The translations under genes and the position numbers were made by a program. Positions 46,431 through 57,107 of a stretch of DNA of 64,000 nt are shown here, one piece after another. Each line of letters begins with the position of its first letter. The stretch's first letter is position 1. The notes beneath the pieces were generated by a model. The model saw only the letters and a list, made by a program, of their open reading frames with translations. It was not told the DNA's origin and did not search any database. The DNA is from Ignavibacteriales bacterium CG07_land_8_20_14_0_80_59_12 (GTDB lineage: Bacteria > Bacteroidota > Ignavibacteria > 0-14-0-80-59-12), in NCBI GenBank assembly GCA_002779395.1, contig PEWR01000091.1, forward strand, positions 1,464-65,463. The letters run 5' to 3'.

Positions 46431-48635
46431 ATGCTCCCCATGATCCATACGGGAACCGGCACGTACGAGCGGAAGCTTGAAGAGTTGCTCCGCGTGTGCC
46501 ACCTGAACCTTTCCAGCGTGGACGACGACCTCATCCGGCGGGCGTACCAGTTTAGTTTCGCCGCGCACCGGAACGACATCCGCGCGTCTGGCGAGCCGTA
46601 CTTCAACCACCCGTACAACGTCGCCCTCATCGTCGCTCGCGAAGTCCCGCTTGACGACGTCTCCGTCGCAGCCGCTCTCATCCATGATGTCGTCGAGGAT
46701 ACCGAGTTCGAGATGAAGGATATCCGTGCCGAGTTCGGCGACACCGTCGCCGAGATCGTCGACGGGGTGACGAAGATCACCGACATCTTCCGCGGCCACA
46801 CCATCACGCAGGCCGAGAACTACCGGAAGATGCTCCTCTCCATGGTCCACGACGTGAGGGTCATCCTCATCAAGCTCGCGGACCGCCTCCACAACATGCG
46901 GACACTTGAATACCTTCCGCCCGAGAAACGGGAGCGGCTCGCCAAGGAGACTCTCGACCTCTATGCCCCGTTCGCGCACAGGTTCGGCCTCGCGAACATC
47001 AAGTGGGAGCTCGAGGACCTTGGCTTCAAGTACCTGAGGGCCAAGGAATACGACGAACTGAAGCAACAGATCAGTGCCAAACGACGGGAGCGCGAGCACT
47101 ACATTAAACGGTTCATCGAGCCCATCGAGGAGCGGCTCAAGGCGGACGGGTACAGGTTCGAAATCAGCGGGCGACCGAAGAACCTGTTCAGCATCCACAA
47201 CAAGATGATGAACCGGAACAAACCACTCGATGAGATCTACGACCTCTTTGCCATCCGGATCATCCTCGACACGAACGACAACACCGATTGCTTTGCGGTG
47301 TATGGGATCGTCTCCGAGATCTATATCCCGATCCCCGAGCGCTTCAAGAACTATATCTCGGTCCCGAAGAAGAACAGCTACCAGTCGATCCATACGACTG
47401 TCATCGGTCCGGAAGGGAAGATGGTCGAGGTGCAGATACGCACCCAAGAGATGCACGAGGTTGCCGAGCGTGGCGTCGCGGCGCACTGGAAATACAAGGA
47501 GGACGTCCTGAAGGTGGACAGGGAGCTCGAGGAATGGACGGCGTGGGTGCGGGAGATCTTCGAGCCCCGCTCGAGCGATGAGACCCAGGCGAAGCAGGTC
47601 CTCGAGAGCTTCAAGCTCAACCTCTACCAGGAGGAGATTTACCTCTTCACGCCGAAGGGGGACCTCAAGATCCTGCCTCGCGGCTCAACACCGGTCGACT
47701 TCGCCTTTGAAGTCCACTCCGATGTCGGGTACCACTGCATCGGCGCGAAGGTGAGCGGCCGCATCGTTCCTCTCAATACGATCCTCCATAGCGGCGACCA
47801 GGTTGAGGTGATCACGTCGAAGAACCAGACGCCGAGCGCCGACTGGGAGAAATTCGTCGTCACACACAAGGCGAAGGCGCACCTCCGGCGCTGGCTCAAG
47901 GAGGAGGCGCGCGCCGCCGCCGAGCGCGGAAGAGAAATCTGGGACAGGAAGCTCAAGCGGAACAAGCTCCGCCTGGGGGATGATGACTACGCGAAAATCC
48001 TGAAGGAAATGAAGCTGGAAAGCAGGCAGGCGCTCTTCGCGAAGATCGCGCAGGAGTCGATCAACCCCGACGACATAGTCCGGTTCTTCCAGCGGACCGA
48101 GGCACAGCCCGCGGCCGAACCTGCTCGAGAGCAGGCACAGAACGTCTTCACGCAATTCGTCCGGACCGCCCGGAGCACTCTCGGCGGGATCCTGCTCCCC
48201 GGGCAGCAGGCGACAGATGTCATGCACACGTACGCGAAATGCTGTAACCCGGTCCCGGGCGATGCGATCGTGGGGTACGTGACCATCGGCGAGGGGATCA
48301 AGGTACATAGGCGGTCATGCCAGAATGTCGAGCGGATGCAGATGACAGACCCAGGCAGGGTCGTCGAGGTGGGCTGGCCCCCGACGGCGGGAGAGGAGTT
48401 CCTTGCAGGCATCAGAGTCGGAGGGGAGGACAGGCCCGGGATGTTGAGCGAGATCACGCACGTGATCGCGAACTATCAGAACACGAACATCCGCGGCGTC
48501 AACCTCGACACCCACGATTCCATGTTCGAGGGCTCGATCCTCCTCTACGTCAAGGACCTCGAACACCTGCGGATCCTCATCGATCGGATAAAGAAGACCA
48601 AGGGTGTTCTCCGCGTGGAACGACTTGAGGAGTAG
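46431..48635 (+). CDS. relA: Bifunctional (p)ppGpp synthetase/hydrolase Rel
   Basis: HDVVED hydrolase, KLADRLHNMRT, YQSIHTT, EVQIRT, TGS and ACT domains. Confidence 0.95.
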   Translation: MLPMIHTGTGTYERKLEELLRVCHLNLSSVDDDLIRRAYQFSFAAHRNDIRASGEPYFNHPYNVALIVAREVPLDDVSVAAALIHDVVEDTEFEMKDIRAEFGDTVAEIVDGVTKITDIFRGHTITQAENYRKMLLSMVHDVRVILIKLADRLHNMRTLEYLPPEKRERLAKETLDLYAPFAHRFGLANIKWELEDLGFKYLRAKEYDELKQQISAKRREREHYIKRFIEPIEERLKADGYRFEISGRPKNLFSIHNKMMNRNKPLDEIYDLFAIRIILDTNDNTDCFAVYGIVSEIYIPIPERFKNYISVPKKNSYQSIHTTVIGPEGKMVEVQIRTQEMHEVAERGVAAHWKYKEDVLKVDRELEEWTAWVREIFEPRSSDETQAKQVLESFKLNLYQEEIYLFTPKGDLKILPRGSTPVDFAFEVHSDVGYHCIGAKVSGRIVPLNTILHSGDQVEVITSKNQTPSADWEKFVVTHKAKAHLRRWLKEEARAAAERGREIWDRKLKRNKLRLGDDDYAKILKEMKLESRQALFAKIAQESINPDDIVRFFQRTEAQPAAEPAREQAQNVFTQFVRTARSTLGGILLPGQQATDVMHTYAKCCNPVPGDAIVGYVTIGEGIKVHRRSCQNVERMQMTDPGRVVEVGWPPTAGEEFLAGIRVGGEDRPGMLSEITHVIANYQNTNIRGVNLDTHDSMFEGSILLYVKDLEHLRILIDRIKKTKGVLRVERLEE

Positions 48636-48650
48636 CGCGGCACCCCTCCC

Positions 48651-49115
48651 ATGACGAGAATACTCGGAGTAGACTACGGTGAGCGCCGTGTGGGGATCGC
48701 GCTGAGCGACCCGACGGGCACGATTGCCTCGCCTCTCACAACCCTTCCGAATGACGGGAGGCTACTCGCATCGTTTCGCAACATCGTTGAGGACCATAAC
48801 GTCGCGGAGATGGTCGTCGGCGAACCGCGGACGATGAAGGGGGAAGTGGGGAAGCGCGCTGAGGAGGCTCGACTCTTCGCGGCGAGGCTGAGGGAATCGT
48901 TCAGCCTCCCCGTCACGCTCTGGGACGAGCGGCTCACGTCGGTCCGAGCGCACCAGTCAATGCTCGAAATGGGGATGAAGAAGAAGCAGCGCGCGGAGAA
49001 ATCCTCCGTCGACCAGATTGCGGCAGCACTTCTTCTTCAGAACTACCTCGATGCCGCCCGGATCCGCTCTCAGCGCGAAGCCCTCAAACGGAGCGGAGAG
49101 GGGACGGAGCTGTAA
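48651..49115 (+). CDS. ruvX: YqgF/RuvX pre-16S rRNA nuclease
   Basis: GVDYGERRVGIALSD, WDERLTS and VDQIAA. Confidence 0.93.
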   Translation: MTRILGVDYGERRVGIALSDPTGTIASPLTTLPNDGRLLASFRNIVEDHNVAEMVVGEPRTMKGEVGKRAEEARLFAARLRESFSLPVTLWDERLTSVRAHQSMLEMGMKKKQRAEKSSVDQIAAALLLQNYLDAARIRSQREALKRSGEGTEL

Positions 49116-49116
49116 G

Positions 49117-49827
49117 ATGCGTGTTCTCGCTTCCTGGGTGTGGCACCACAAGATCGGATCGCTGTGCCTCCTTGTCCTTCTCTTCGTCGCGCTCGAAGTC
49201 GGCACGCTTCCGTTCGTTGAAATTGCGGTCCTCCGGACGGTGAACCCGCAGCGGACTGCGATGATGGATGACCGCATCGCCGAGGCGAAGGCCGACGGCC
49301 ATGCGTACAAAATCCGCCAGCAGTGGGTGCGGCTCGGCAGCATCTCCCCGGACCTTATCCACGCGGCGATCACCGGGGAGGACGGCATGTTCTACCAGCA
49401 CAGTGGGATCGACTGGTACGAGGTCCAGAAGTCGATGGAGATCAACTGGGAGGAGGGAGAGATCGTCCGCGGCGCGAGCACGATCACGCAGCAGCTCGCG
49501 AAGAACCTGTTCCTCTCGTCGTCGCGGAACCCGCTCCGGAAACTCCGGGAGGTCCTTATCACATACCTCCTCGAATGGCAGCTTTCGAAGAACCGGATCC
49601 TTGAACTATACCTCAACATTGCGGAGTGGGGGGACGGGATCTTCGGCGCCGAGATGGCGTCGCGAACGTACTTCGGCATCCCGGCCAGGTCGCTTTCACG
49701 CGAACAGGCCGCCCGCCTGGCGGCTGTTCTGCCGAGTCCGATCCGGCACAGGCCGAACAGCGACCAGCGTTTCGTCGTGCGCCGGGCCGCAATTATCCTG
49801 AGGCGGATGAACGCGCGGTCCTATTGA
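49117..49827 (+). CDS. mtgA: Monofunctional peptidoglycan transglycosylase
   Basis: EDGMFYQH, RGASTITQQLAKNL and LELYLN. Confidence 0.92.
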   Translation: MRVLASWVWHHKIGSLCLLVLLFVALEVGTLPFVEIAVLRTVNPQRTAMMDDRIAEAKADGHAYKIRQQWVRLGSISPDLIHAAITGEDGMFYQHSGIDWYEVQKSMEINWEEGEIVRGASTITQQLAKNLFLSSSRNPLRKLREVLITYLLEWQLSKNRILELYLNIAEWGDGIFGAEMASRTYFGIPARSLSREQAARLAAVLPSPIRHRPNSDQRFVVRRAAIILRRMNARSY

Positions 49828-49846
49828 CGATCCTTGGAAATGGCAC

Positions 49847-50524
49847 ATGAACTTGAATGAACTCCTGGAGCTGATCGAGGGTGGCGAAGGGTTTCACGTG
49901 GAGTTCAAACGGAAGGTCCCGTCTCCACGGAAGATTGCCAAGTCCTTGATTGCTTTCGCGAACACGAAGGGAGGTTGCATCCTCTTTGGAGTGGACGACG
50001 ACGGATCAATCGTCGGGGTCGAAAGCGAGAAGGAAGAGATCGAACTCGTGAGAACCTCGGGTGAGCAGTTCTGCTCGCCGCCGATTGCCGTCACCGCGGA
50101 CATCATTAGTTACCGCGGCAAGGATGTTATTGTGGCGATGGTGGCCGAGAGCCGGTCAAAGCCTCACTTCTTCGTCGATGACGGGAATAAGGGCGAGCCG
50201 CCGCGGGCGTACATCCGGGTGAACGACAAGTCGGTCATCGCCAGCCGTGAGGTTGTCCGGATCCTCAAAGACGAAGACCCGGACGCACCGCCTCTCCGCC
50301 TCTCTGTAGGGGAGAATGAGCGGCGGCTCTTCGCATACTTCGACGAACATGAGCAGATTACCCTGCGGGAATTTGCGCACCTCGTAAACATCTCGGAGAG
50401 GCGCGCCTCGCGGATCCTCGTCCAGCTCGTGAGGGCCGGGGTTCTCAGGATTCATACGCTCGAGAAGGAGGACTTCTACACGCTCGCGAAGGAACCCGGG
50501 GAGACTGATTTGCCTCAGCGGTGA
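49847..50524 (+). CDS. AlbA_2 (Schlafen-like) domain protein with C-terminal HTH
   Basis: GEGFHVEFK and AFANTKGG..GVDDDG. Confidence 0.85.
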   Translation: MNLNELLELIEGGEGFHVEFKRKVPSPRKIAKSLIAFANTKGGCILFGVDDDGSIVGVESEKEEIELVRTSGEQFCSPPIAVTADIISYRGKDVIVAMVAESRSKPHFFVDDGNKGEPPRAYIRVNDKSVIASREVVRILKDEDPDAPPLRLSVGENERRLFAYFDEHEQITLREFAHLVNISERRASRILVQLVRAGVLRIHTLEKEDFYTLAKEPGETDLPQR

Positions 50525-51063
50525 TCTGTGCCCGCGCGGCAGATGCGTGCAAGCTCAAAGAGTGCGATCCCGTAGGCGACGGCCACGTTGAGGGACTGCT
50601 TCATGCCGGCCATCGGGATCTCGATGGCGAGGGAGGCGAGGTTGAGGATTTCCTTGGAGATGCCCGAGATCTCGTTTCCCACGACCAGTGCAAGAGGAAA
50701 CGCTGAGCGCGGCATCTCTGTGTAGGGAATGGACGCGTCCGTGATTTCGAGCGCACAGACGGTGACGCCGCGCGCGAGAAGTGCTTCGATTGGTGGGACG
50801 GGGTCGCGCGAGTATTCCCACGGCACCGTCTGCGTCGCGCCGAGAGCGGTCTTTTCGATCTCGGGCCTCGGCGGGTGAGGCGTGAACCCGGTGAGGATCA
50901 AACGCTCGACCCGCGCCCCATCGGAGGTTCGGAAGATCGATCCGACATTGTAGAGGCTCCGGACGCTGTCGACAACGGCAATGATGGGCAATCGCTCGGC
51001 GCTCTTCATCTGCTCTGTCGTCAGCCGCCGGCTCCTGATCTCATCGTATGTGAGTTTCCGCAT
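50515..51063 (-). CDS. TrmH/SpoU-family RNA methyltransferase
   Basis: NVGSIFRT, GNEISG and SLNVAVA. Confidence 0.92.
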   Translation of the reverse strand: MRKLTYDEIRSRRLTTEQMKSAERLPIIAVVDSVRSLYNVGSIFRTSDGARVERLILTGFTPHPPRPEIEKTALGATQTVPWEYSRDPVPPIEALLARGVTVCALEITDASIPYTEMPRSAFPLALVVGNEISGISKEILNLASLAIEIPMAGMKQSLNVAVAYGIALFELARICRAGTDHR

Positions 51064-51107
51064 CGCAGGTTCCGCCCGTTCTACAGAAAAATTTAGGAGA
51101 GGTAACT

Positions 51108-51722
51108 ATGAGACGCAAGCTTGCAGTGATCGCAGCGGTGACGATGGTACTATCCGGTTGCGCGACGGTGAAGCAGGCGATGGAGGGCGTCCAGCCGGTC
51201 CAGACTGTCAAGAACCTCCAGTTCAAGTTGACGTCCGTCTCAAACTTCAGGCTTTCCGGGATTTCGCTCTCATCCATGTCGTCTTACAGCGACCTTCGTC
51301 TCGGTGATGTCGCCCGCGTTGCATCGGACTTTGCGACGGAGCGAATGCCCGTGCAGTTCACACTGAACACAGACGTCCGCAACCCGAACACGTCAAGCTC
51401 AGGCTTCTCCCTCGTCCTCAGGGACCTCCGGTGGCGGCTTGTCATCGACACCTCGTTTGCTGTGAGCGGCAACGTGACAGGCCCGCTTCGGGTCCCCGAA
51501 GGGGGGACATCCGTCAACGTCCCCGTCCCGATGGAGCTCGACCTCATGAAGACATTCCGGGGCCACAGTCTGAAAGGGCTTGTAAACCTTGCGATGGCCA
51601 TCGGCGGTGTGAATGGATCGGCGTCGCGTCTCCGGCTCTTCGTACAGCCAAGCGTCGACGGTCCATTCGGGGCGATCCGGTATCCGGGCGAAATTGAGGT
51701 GGTGGACAAGGAGTTCCGCTGA
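51108..51722 (+). CDS. Hypothetical lipoprotein (LEA-2-like)
   Basis: Lipobox LSGC; VRNPN motif. Confidence 0.7.
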   Translation: MRRKLAVIAAVTMVLSGCATVKQAMEGVQPVQTVKNLQFKLTSVSNFRLSGISLSSMSSYSDLRLGDVARVASDFATERMPVQFTLNTDVRNPNTSSSGFSLVLRDLRWRLVIDTSFAVSGNVTGPLRVPEGGTSVNVPVPMELDLMKTFRGHSLKGLVNLAMAIGGVNGSASRLRLFVQPSVDGPFGAIRYPGEIEVVDKEFR

Positions 51723-51868
51723 TTTCGGTGTGCGCGGTGCACTGAGGCCGGGACGCATTGTGCGCGGAAATCTTCGCGGATTGACCGGATGAGCCCTTCC
51801 TGGGAATCTAGCAAGGGAGCTGGAATTGTTTGATTCGGGAGGGGCTTTTTGATATATTTATATACTTT

Positions 51869-52600
51869 ATGGTCAACTACGAAGGCGCGCGAAAACGCGG
51901 GATTATCGTCGCGATCGACGGGACAGCCGGCTGCGGGAAAAGCACGACCGCCAAAGCGGTGGCTCGTTCACTCGGGTACCTCTATCTTGACACCGGAGCG
52001 ATGTACAGGGCGTTCGCCCTCAAAGTCCTCCGCTCGGGAATTCCGCTCGGGGAAACTTCTTCAATCGGCTCTCTCGCAGAGAAGACGTACGTCACTCTCG
52101 GAAACGATGACGGAGAGATCAGCGTTTTTCTCGATGGCGAGGACGTCACAGCGCTCATTCGCAGCCCTGAGATCTCATCCGCCGCAAGTGTGATCAGCGC
52201 TGTCAAGCACGTCCGTGAAGTCCTCGCGAACCAGCAGAGGAAGATCGGCGAGGCCGGCGGCGTTGTAGCGGAAGGGCGCGACATGGGGACGGTGGTGTTT
52301 CCCGTTGCCGGGCTGAAGATATTCATGACGGCGTCGCTGGAAGAACGAGCTAAACGCCGCAGACGGGAGCTTCAGCTCCGCGGCATCGAAGTGTCGGACC
52401 AGGCGGTGCTCGAGGAATTGAAGACGCGTGATGAACGCGACACATCCCGCGCGAACAGTCCGCTCCGACGCGCGCCTGAGGCCGTTGAGATCGACACGAC
52501 ATCGCTCACGATTGAGGAGCAGGTTGCGCGCGTGTTGAGCCTCGTGAAGGAGCACACAATACCCGAAGAAGCAAGAGAGAAAATGCGCGATGGTTGTTGA
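51869..52600 (+). CDS. cmk: Cytidylate kinase
   Basis: AIDGTAGCGKST, DTGAMYR and EGRDMGTVVFP. Confidence 0.95.
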   Translation: MVNYEGARKRGIIVAIDGTAGCGKSTTAKAVARSLGYLYLDTGAMYRAFALKVLRSGIPLGETSSIGSLAEKTYVTLGNDDGEISVFLDGEDVTALIRSPEISSAASVISAVKHVREVLANQQRKIGEAGGVVAEGRDMGTVVFPVAGLKIFMTASLEERAKRRRRELQLRGIEVSDQAVLEELKTRDERDTSRANSPLRRAPEAVEIDTTSLTIEEQVARVLSLVKEHTIPEEAREKMRDGC

Positions 52601-53498
52601 AGTGGATGGACACGCCGGGTTCTGCTGGGGCGTCGTGAGAGCCGTCGACATCGCCGAGCGGACGATGGAAGCGAACGGCGAGCTCTTCTGTCTCGGTGAC
52701 ATCATCCACAACCCGGAAGAGATCAAGCGCCTCGAGGCAAAGGGGCTCAGAACGATCACACACGCGGACCTGAAGAACCTCGGCGGGAAACATGTGCTGT
52801 TGCGCGCCCACGGCGAGCCGCCGGGCACCTTCGAGCTTGCCCGGCAGTACAATATCACGATCGTCGATGCAACGTGCCCTGTGGTATCGAAGGTGCAGGA
52901 ACGCATCCGGAAGTTCTATGACGCAGGCTACCAAATCGCGATCTTCGGCAAGGCCGAGCACGCGGAAGTCGTGGGGCTGCTCGGGCAGACAAAGGGCGAT
53001 GCGATCGTTGTGAAGTCCGTTGAGGAAATCGATAAGATTGATCTCCGGCGGAAAACGGTGCTGTTCTCGCAGACGACGATGGACAAGGGGGGCTTCCATC
53101 TCCTCAAGGAAGAACTTCAGAGAAGGGTGAAGGAACTCGTCGTCGCGTCGACGGAGGAGACCGCCGAAGAGCATTTCCGAGCGAAGGACACCATCTGCGG
53201 ACAGGTCTTTGGCCGCGACCGGAAGCTCCGCATCTTCGCTCGTGAACACGACGTCGTGGTGTTTGTCGCCGGACGGAAAAGTTCGAACGGAAAGGTCCTC
53301 TTCGAGATGTGCCGCGAGGAGAATTCACGAACACATTTCGTGGAACGCGGAGAAGAGGTCGATCCTTTGTGGTTTGCGGGTGCAGCCCGCGTCGGTGTGA
53401 CAGGGGCGACGTCGACACCACAATGGCTGATGGAGGAAGTGAGGAAGTCAATTGAAGTGCTGTCCGAGGCCCCGCGGGGCACGGCAGCGGCCGGATGA
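52590..53498 (+). CDS. ispH: 4-hydroxy-3-methylbut-2-enyl diphosphate reductase
   Basis: GFCWGV, RAHG, DATCP, SQTT, TIC and SSN. Confidence 0.95.
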   Translation: MVVEVDGHAGFCWGVVRAVDIAERTMEANGELFCLGDIIHNPEEIKRLEAKGLRTITHADLKNLGGKHVLLRAHGEPPGTFELARQYNITIVDATCPVVSKVQERIRKFYDAGYQIAIFGKAEHAEVVGLLGQTKGDAIVVKSVEEIDKIDLRRKTVLFSQTTMDKGGFHLLKEELQRRVKELVVASTEETAEEHFRAKDTICGQVFGRDRKLRIFAREHDVVVFVAGRKSSNGKVLFEMCREENSRTHFVERGEEVDPLWFAGAARVGVTGATSTPQWLMEEVRKSIEVLSEAPRGTAAAG

Positions 53499-53687
53499 CG
53501 ACACAGCTCCGGCACGTGTTTGCGCGAAGCCGCCGCCCGATAACCTATGTACAACAACAAACAATGTCTTTCTCTGCCGAACGGCTTTCGAGGCGGCTTC
53601 CGCCGCGGAGCAGCGAGGGACTAGATCGGCCAACCAGACGGACCGCGTAGTGGTCCGTCTGGTGGCGGATCGGCTCTTGGAGGTTGA

Positions 53688-55655
53688 ATGACAGACGAAC
53701 AGACGCAGGAGAACGTCGGTGGACAGGAAGCCACCGGGCAGGAACAGCGTGTTCCGCAGCATCAGACCCCGGTGGCGAAGGCGTCGGCAAAGTCGTCGAC
53801 GGACATGACTGAGCGCGAGTACAGCCCCGAAGAGCGCTCGACGCTCATGGAGATGATCGACAAGGCGACAGGGAAGTTCTCGGAAGGCGAAGTCGTTCAC
53901 GGCCGGATCGTCGCCATTCTTGGCAACGACGTCGTCGTTGACATAGGTTTCAAGTCGGAGGGGATCGTTCCGCTCGCCGAGTTCACATCCCTTGAGGAAG
54001 TGAAGGTCGGAAACGAGGTGGAAGTCTACTTGCAGAGCGTGGAGGACAAGGACGGCCGCCTCATCCTCTCCCGGAAGCGCGTCGATTTCATGCGCGTATG
54101 GGAAAAAGTCAGTCGCGCTTTCGAAACCGGCGAGATCCTCCAGGGGCGAATCGCCCGGCGCATCAAAGGCGGCATGGTGGTGGACCTTATGGGCGTCGAG
54201 GCGTTCCTGCCCGGGTCGCAGATCGATGTCCGTCCGGTGCGTGACTTCGACTCCCTCATCGGGAAGATGATGGATTTCCGTGTCGTGAAGGTGAACCAGC
54301 CCACCGAGAACGTTGTTGTCAGCCACCGCGTCATTGTCGAGGAATCGCTCGCCGGCCAGCGAAAGGCAATCCTCGAAAAGCTCGAGAAGACGCAGGTCCT
54401 CGAAGGGACAGTGAAGGCGATCACGGACTTCGGTGCTTTCATCGACCTCGGCGGCGTCGACGGCCTCGTCCATATTACCGACCTCTCCTGGGGCCGCATC
54501 GGCCACCCCTCCGAGATTGTGAAGCTCGACCAGACGGTGAACGTCGTTGTCCTTGACTTCGACGAGGCGAAGAAGAGAATCTCGCTCGGCTACAAGCAGC
54601 TACAGCCGCATCCGTGGGAAAACATCGAGACACGCTACCCGGTCGGGACGAAGATCAACGGTAAGGTCGTCTCGCTCACAGACTACGGCGCATTCGTGGA
54701 GATCGAGCACGGCATCGAGGGACTCATCCACGTCTCCGAGATGAGCTGGACGCAGCACATCAAGCACCCGTCCCAGGTCGTCTCCATGGGACAGATGATC
54801 GATGCCGTGATCCTGAGCGTCGACAAGGACAAGCGGCGCATTTCGCTCGGCATGAAGCAGCTCGAGCCGGATCCGTGGGAGAAGATCATGGAGAAGTACC
54901 CCGTCGGATCCCAGCACACTGGGACGGTCCGGAACCTCACGAACTTCGGTGTGTTTGTCGAGCTCGAGGAGGGGATCGACGGCCTCGTTCACATCTCTGA
55001 CCTGTCATGGACGAAGAAAGTCCGTCACCCCGGTGAGCTCGTAAAAAAGGGTCAGCGTCTTGATGTCGTCATCCTCGGCATCGACAAGGACCAGCGGCGG
55101 ATCTCCCTCGGGCATAAGCAGGTCTCCGGCAACCCGTGGGATACGTTCGCGAGCACCTACCGCGCCGGAACGGAGACCGAAGGGAAGATCGTCCGCGTCA
55201 TTGAGAAGGGCGTCATCGTCGAGCTCCCGGAGGGAGTCGATGGGTTCGTCCCGCTCTCGCACCTATCGATGACACCCGTGAAGAACATCGGCGACGCGTT
55301 CAAGGTGGGCGACGCACTTCCGTTGAAGGTCATCGAGTTTGATGCCGACTCCAAGAAGATCGTCCTCTCGGTCCTTGAATACCTGAGGGATAAGGAGCAG
55401 AAACTCGTCGACGAGTATTCACGGAAGCATCGGCTCACGCCTGTGACGATGAAGGATGTTGTGGAAGTGGCTCCCGGGGTGGAGACGGATGAAGTACCGT
55501 CCGATTCCGCTGCCGCAGCGCCAGCTCAAGAGCAGCCCGCTGCTGAATCGCCGGCAGCGGCCGACTCGCTGGCTTCTCCGGAGGCAAAGTCAGAGGAGGC
55601 AACCGAAGGGGATCCCGGGCCGAATCCTGAGGCGAATCCTCCCGTCGACTCGTAG
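53688..55655 (+). CDS. rpsA: 30S ribosomal protein S1 with acidic C-terminal tail
   Basis: Six S1 repeats ([30 protein letters not shown]). Confidence 0.96.
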   Translation: MTDEQTQENVGGQEATGQEQRVPQHQTPVAKASAKSSTDMTEREYSPEERSTLMEMIDKATGKFSEGEVVHGRIVAILGNDVVVDIGFKSEGIVPLAEFTSLEEVKVGNEVEVYLQSVEDKDGRLILSRKRVDFMRVWEKVSRAFETGEILQGRIARRIKGGMVVDLMGVEAFLPGSQIDVRPVRDFDSLIGKMMDFRVVKVNQPTENVVVSHRVIVEESLAGQRKAILEKLEKTQVLEGTVKAITDFGAFIDLGGVDGLVHITDLSWGRIGHPSEIVKLDQTVNVVVLDFDEAKKRISLGYKQLQPHPWENIETRYPVGTKINGKVVSLTDYGAFVEIEHGIEGLIHVSEMSWTQHIKHPSQVVSMGQMIDAVILSVDKDKRRISLGMKQLEPDPWEKIMEKYPVGSQHTGTVRNLTNFGVFVELEEGIDGLVHISDLSWTKKVRHPGELVKKGQRLDVVILGIDKDQRRISLGHKQVSGNPWDTFASTYRAGTETEGKIVRVIEKGVIVELPEGVDGFVPLSHLSMTPVKNIGDAFKVGDALPLKVIEFDADSKKIVLSVLEYLRDKEQKLVDEYSRKHRLTPVTMKDVVEVAPGVETDEVPSDSAAAAPAQEQPAAESPAAADSLASPEAKSEEATEGDPGPNPEANPPVDS

Positions 55656-55781
55656 CGTCCGGGCACCGCAGGCAGCATCGATCCGTTGTCTGGAGAACCT
55701 GGCAGGTCCATGAGATCTGCCAGGTTTTCAGTATCGGGGCTTGCTGCAGTTGTACAAGGGAAGGAATCCTCCGAGGAAAGA

Positions 55782-57107
55782 ATGAAGACCGTCGGGATCC
55801 ACACGCTCGGCTGCAAACTGAACTATGCCGAGAGCGCCGGCGTCGCTGCCGCCTTCACCCGGAACGGTTTTGCACTCGCAGTTGACGGTGAGCATGCCGA
55901 CGTGTGGATCATTAACACGTGCAGTGTGACGGGGAGTGCCGACCGGGAGTGCCGTCAGGTCATCCGGCGAATCCGCCGCCGGGCGCCGGACGCCTTTATC
56001 GTGGTGACGGGATGCTATGCGCAGCTTCATCCCGAGCTGGCAGCGTCGCTCGACGGCGTCGATGCGGTTGTCGGCTCCCGGGAGAAAGGCCGCCTCTTTG
56101 AGCTCATCACCGACTTCCGCAGGCGCGACGTCCCGCTTGTTCTCGTCTCACCGGGTGACGACACGCACTTCTGGGGAGCGGACTCGAGCGGCTTTGGTGG
56201 GCGTACGCGCGCGTTCCTGAAGATCCAGGACGGCTGCGACTACAATTGTTCGTACTGTGTCATTCCGCAAGCGCGCGGGAGGTCGAGAAGTGAAAGCCCC
56301 GGGGCCGTGGAGGACCGCGCGCGGGCGGTTGTCGTGCGAGGATACAAGGAGATCGTTCTCACCGGCGTGAACGTGGGGGACTATGGCAGAACGTCGGGTT
56401 GGAGCTTCCATGACCTCCTTTGCAGGCTTGAGGAGATTGAAGGCCTTCGTCGCCTCCGCATCAGCTCCATTGAGCCGAACCTGCTCACAGACGAGATCCT
56501 GCAGCTCGCGAGCAGGTCGTCGAGGATCGCCCCCCACTTCCACATCCCTCTCCAGAGCGGAAGCAATTCCGTCCTTGGGAGGATGCGGCGAAGATACCGC
56601 AAGGAATTCTACCGGGACCGCGTCGATGCCGTCCTCTCCCACCTTCCGCAGGCGGGGATCGGCGTCGATGTGATCGTCGGATTCCCGGGGGAGACTGTCG
56701 ATGAGTTCGAGGAAACACATCGCTTCCTCAGCGAGCTTCCCGCATCCTACTTCCACGTCTTCAGTTACTCAGAGCGCGAGAATACGCCTGCCGCAGCGAT
56801 GGGACGGGTCGTGCCCGTGGAGGAGAGGGCCCGGCGGAGCGCCATGCTGAGAATGCTCGGCGCGGAAAAGAAGAAGCAATTCGCCCTCAAGTTCGTCGGT
56901 TCGGTGCTTCCCGTCCTTCTGGAGAGCGACTACTCGAAGGATGGGGCGGCGATGTTCGGCCTGGCGCCAAACTATCTTCGCGTCCGGGTCGATGCAGATG
57001 CCGCGCTGGAGAACGAGATCGTGCCTGTGGTCATTGATGGTTACTCCGGCGGTGCGGCTTGCGGCTGGTTGCAGAAGCGGGAAGGGGAGAAGGGGAGAGA
57101 GTCGTGA
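55782..57107 (+). CDS. mtaB: tRNA methylthiotransferase MtaB
   Basis: TLGCKLN, NTCSVT, TGCYAQ and KIQDGCDYNCSYC. Confidence 0.9.
   Translation: MKTVGIHTLGCKLNYAESAGVAAAFTRNGFALAVDGEHADVWIINTCSVTGSADRECRQVIRRIRRRAPDAFIVVTGCYAQLHPELAASLDGVDAVVGSREKGRLFELITDFRRRDVPLVLVSPGDDTHFWGADSSGFGGRTRAFLKIQDGCDYNCSYCVIPQARGRSRSESPGAVEDRARAVVVRGYKEIVLTGVNVGDYGRTSGWSFHDLLCRLEEIEGLRRLRISSIEPNLLTDEILQLASRSSRIAPHFHIPLQSGSNSVLGRMRRRYRKEFYRDRVDAVLSHLPQAGIGVDVIVGFPGETVDEFEETHRFLSELPASYFHVFSYSERENTPAAAMGRVVPVEERARRSAMLRMLGAEKKKQFALKFVGSVLPVLLESDYSKDGAAMFGLAPNYLRVRVDADAALENEIVPVVIDGYSGGAACGWLQKREGEKGRES

Noticed and set aside
49847..50524. AlbA_2/Schlafen protein as an anti-phage nuclease
   Set aside because: Sits in a housekeeping run with host-like composition and no partner sensor domain; nothing here supports a defence role.
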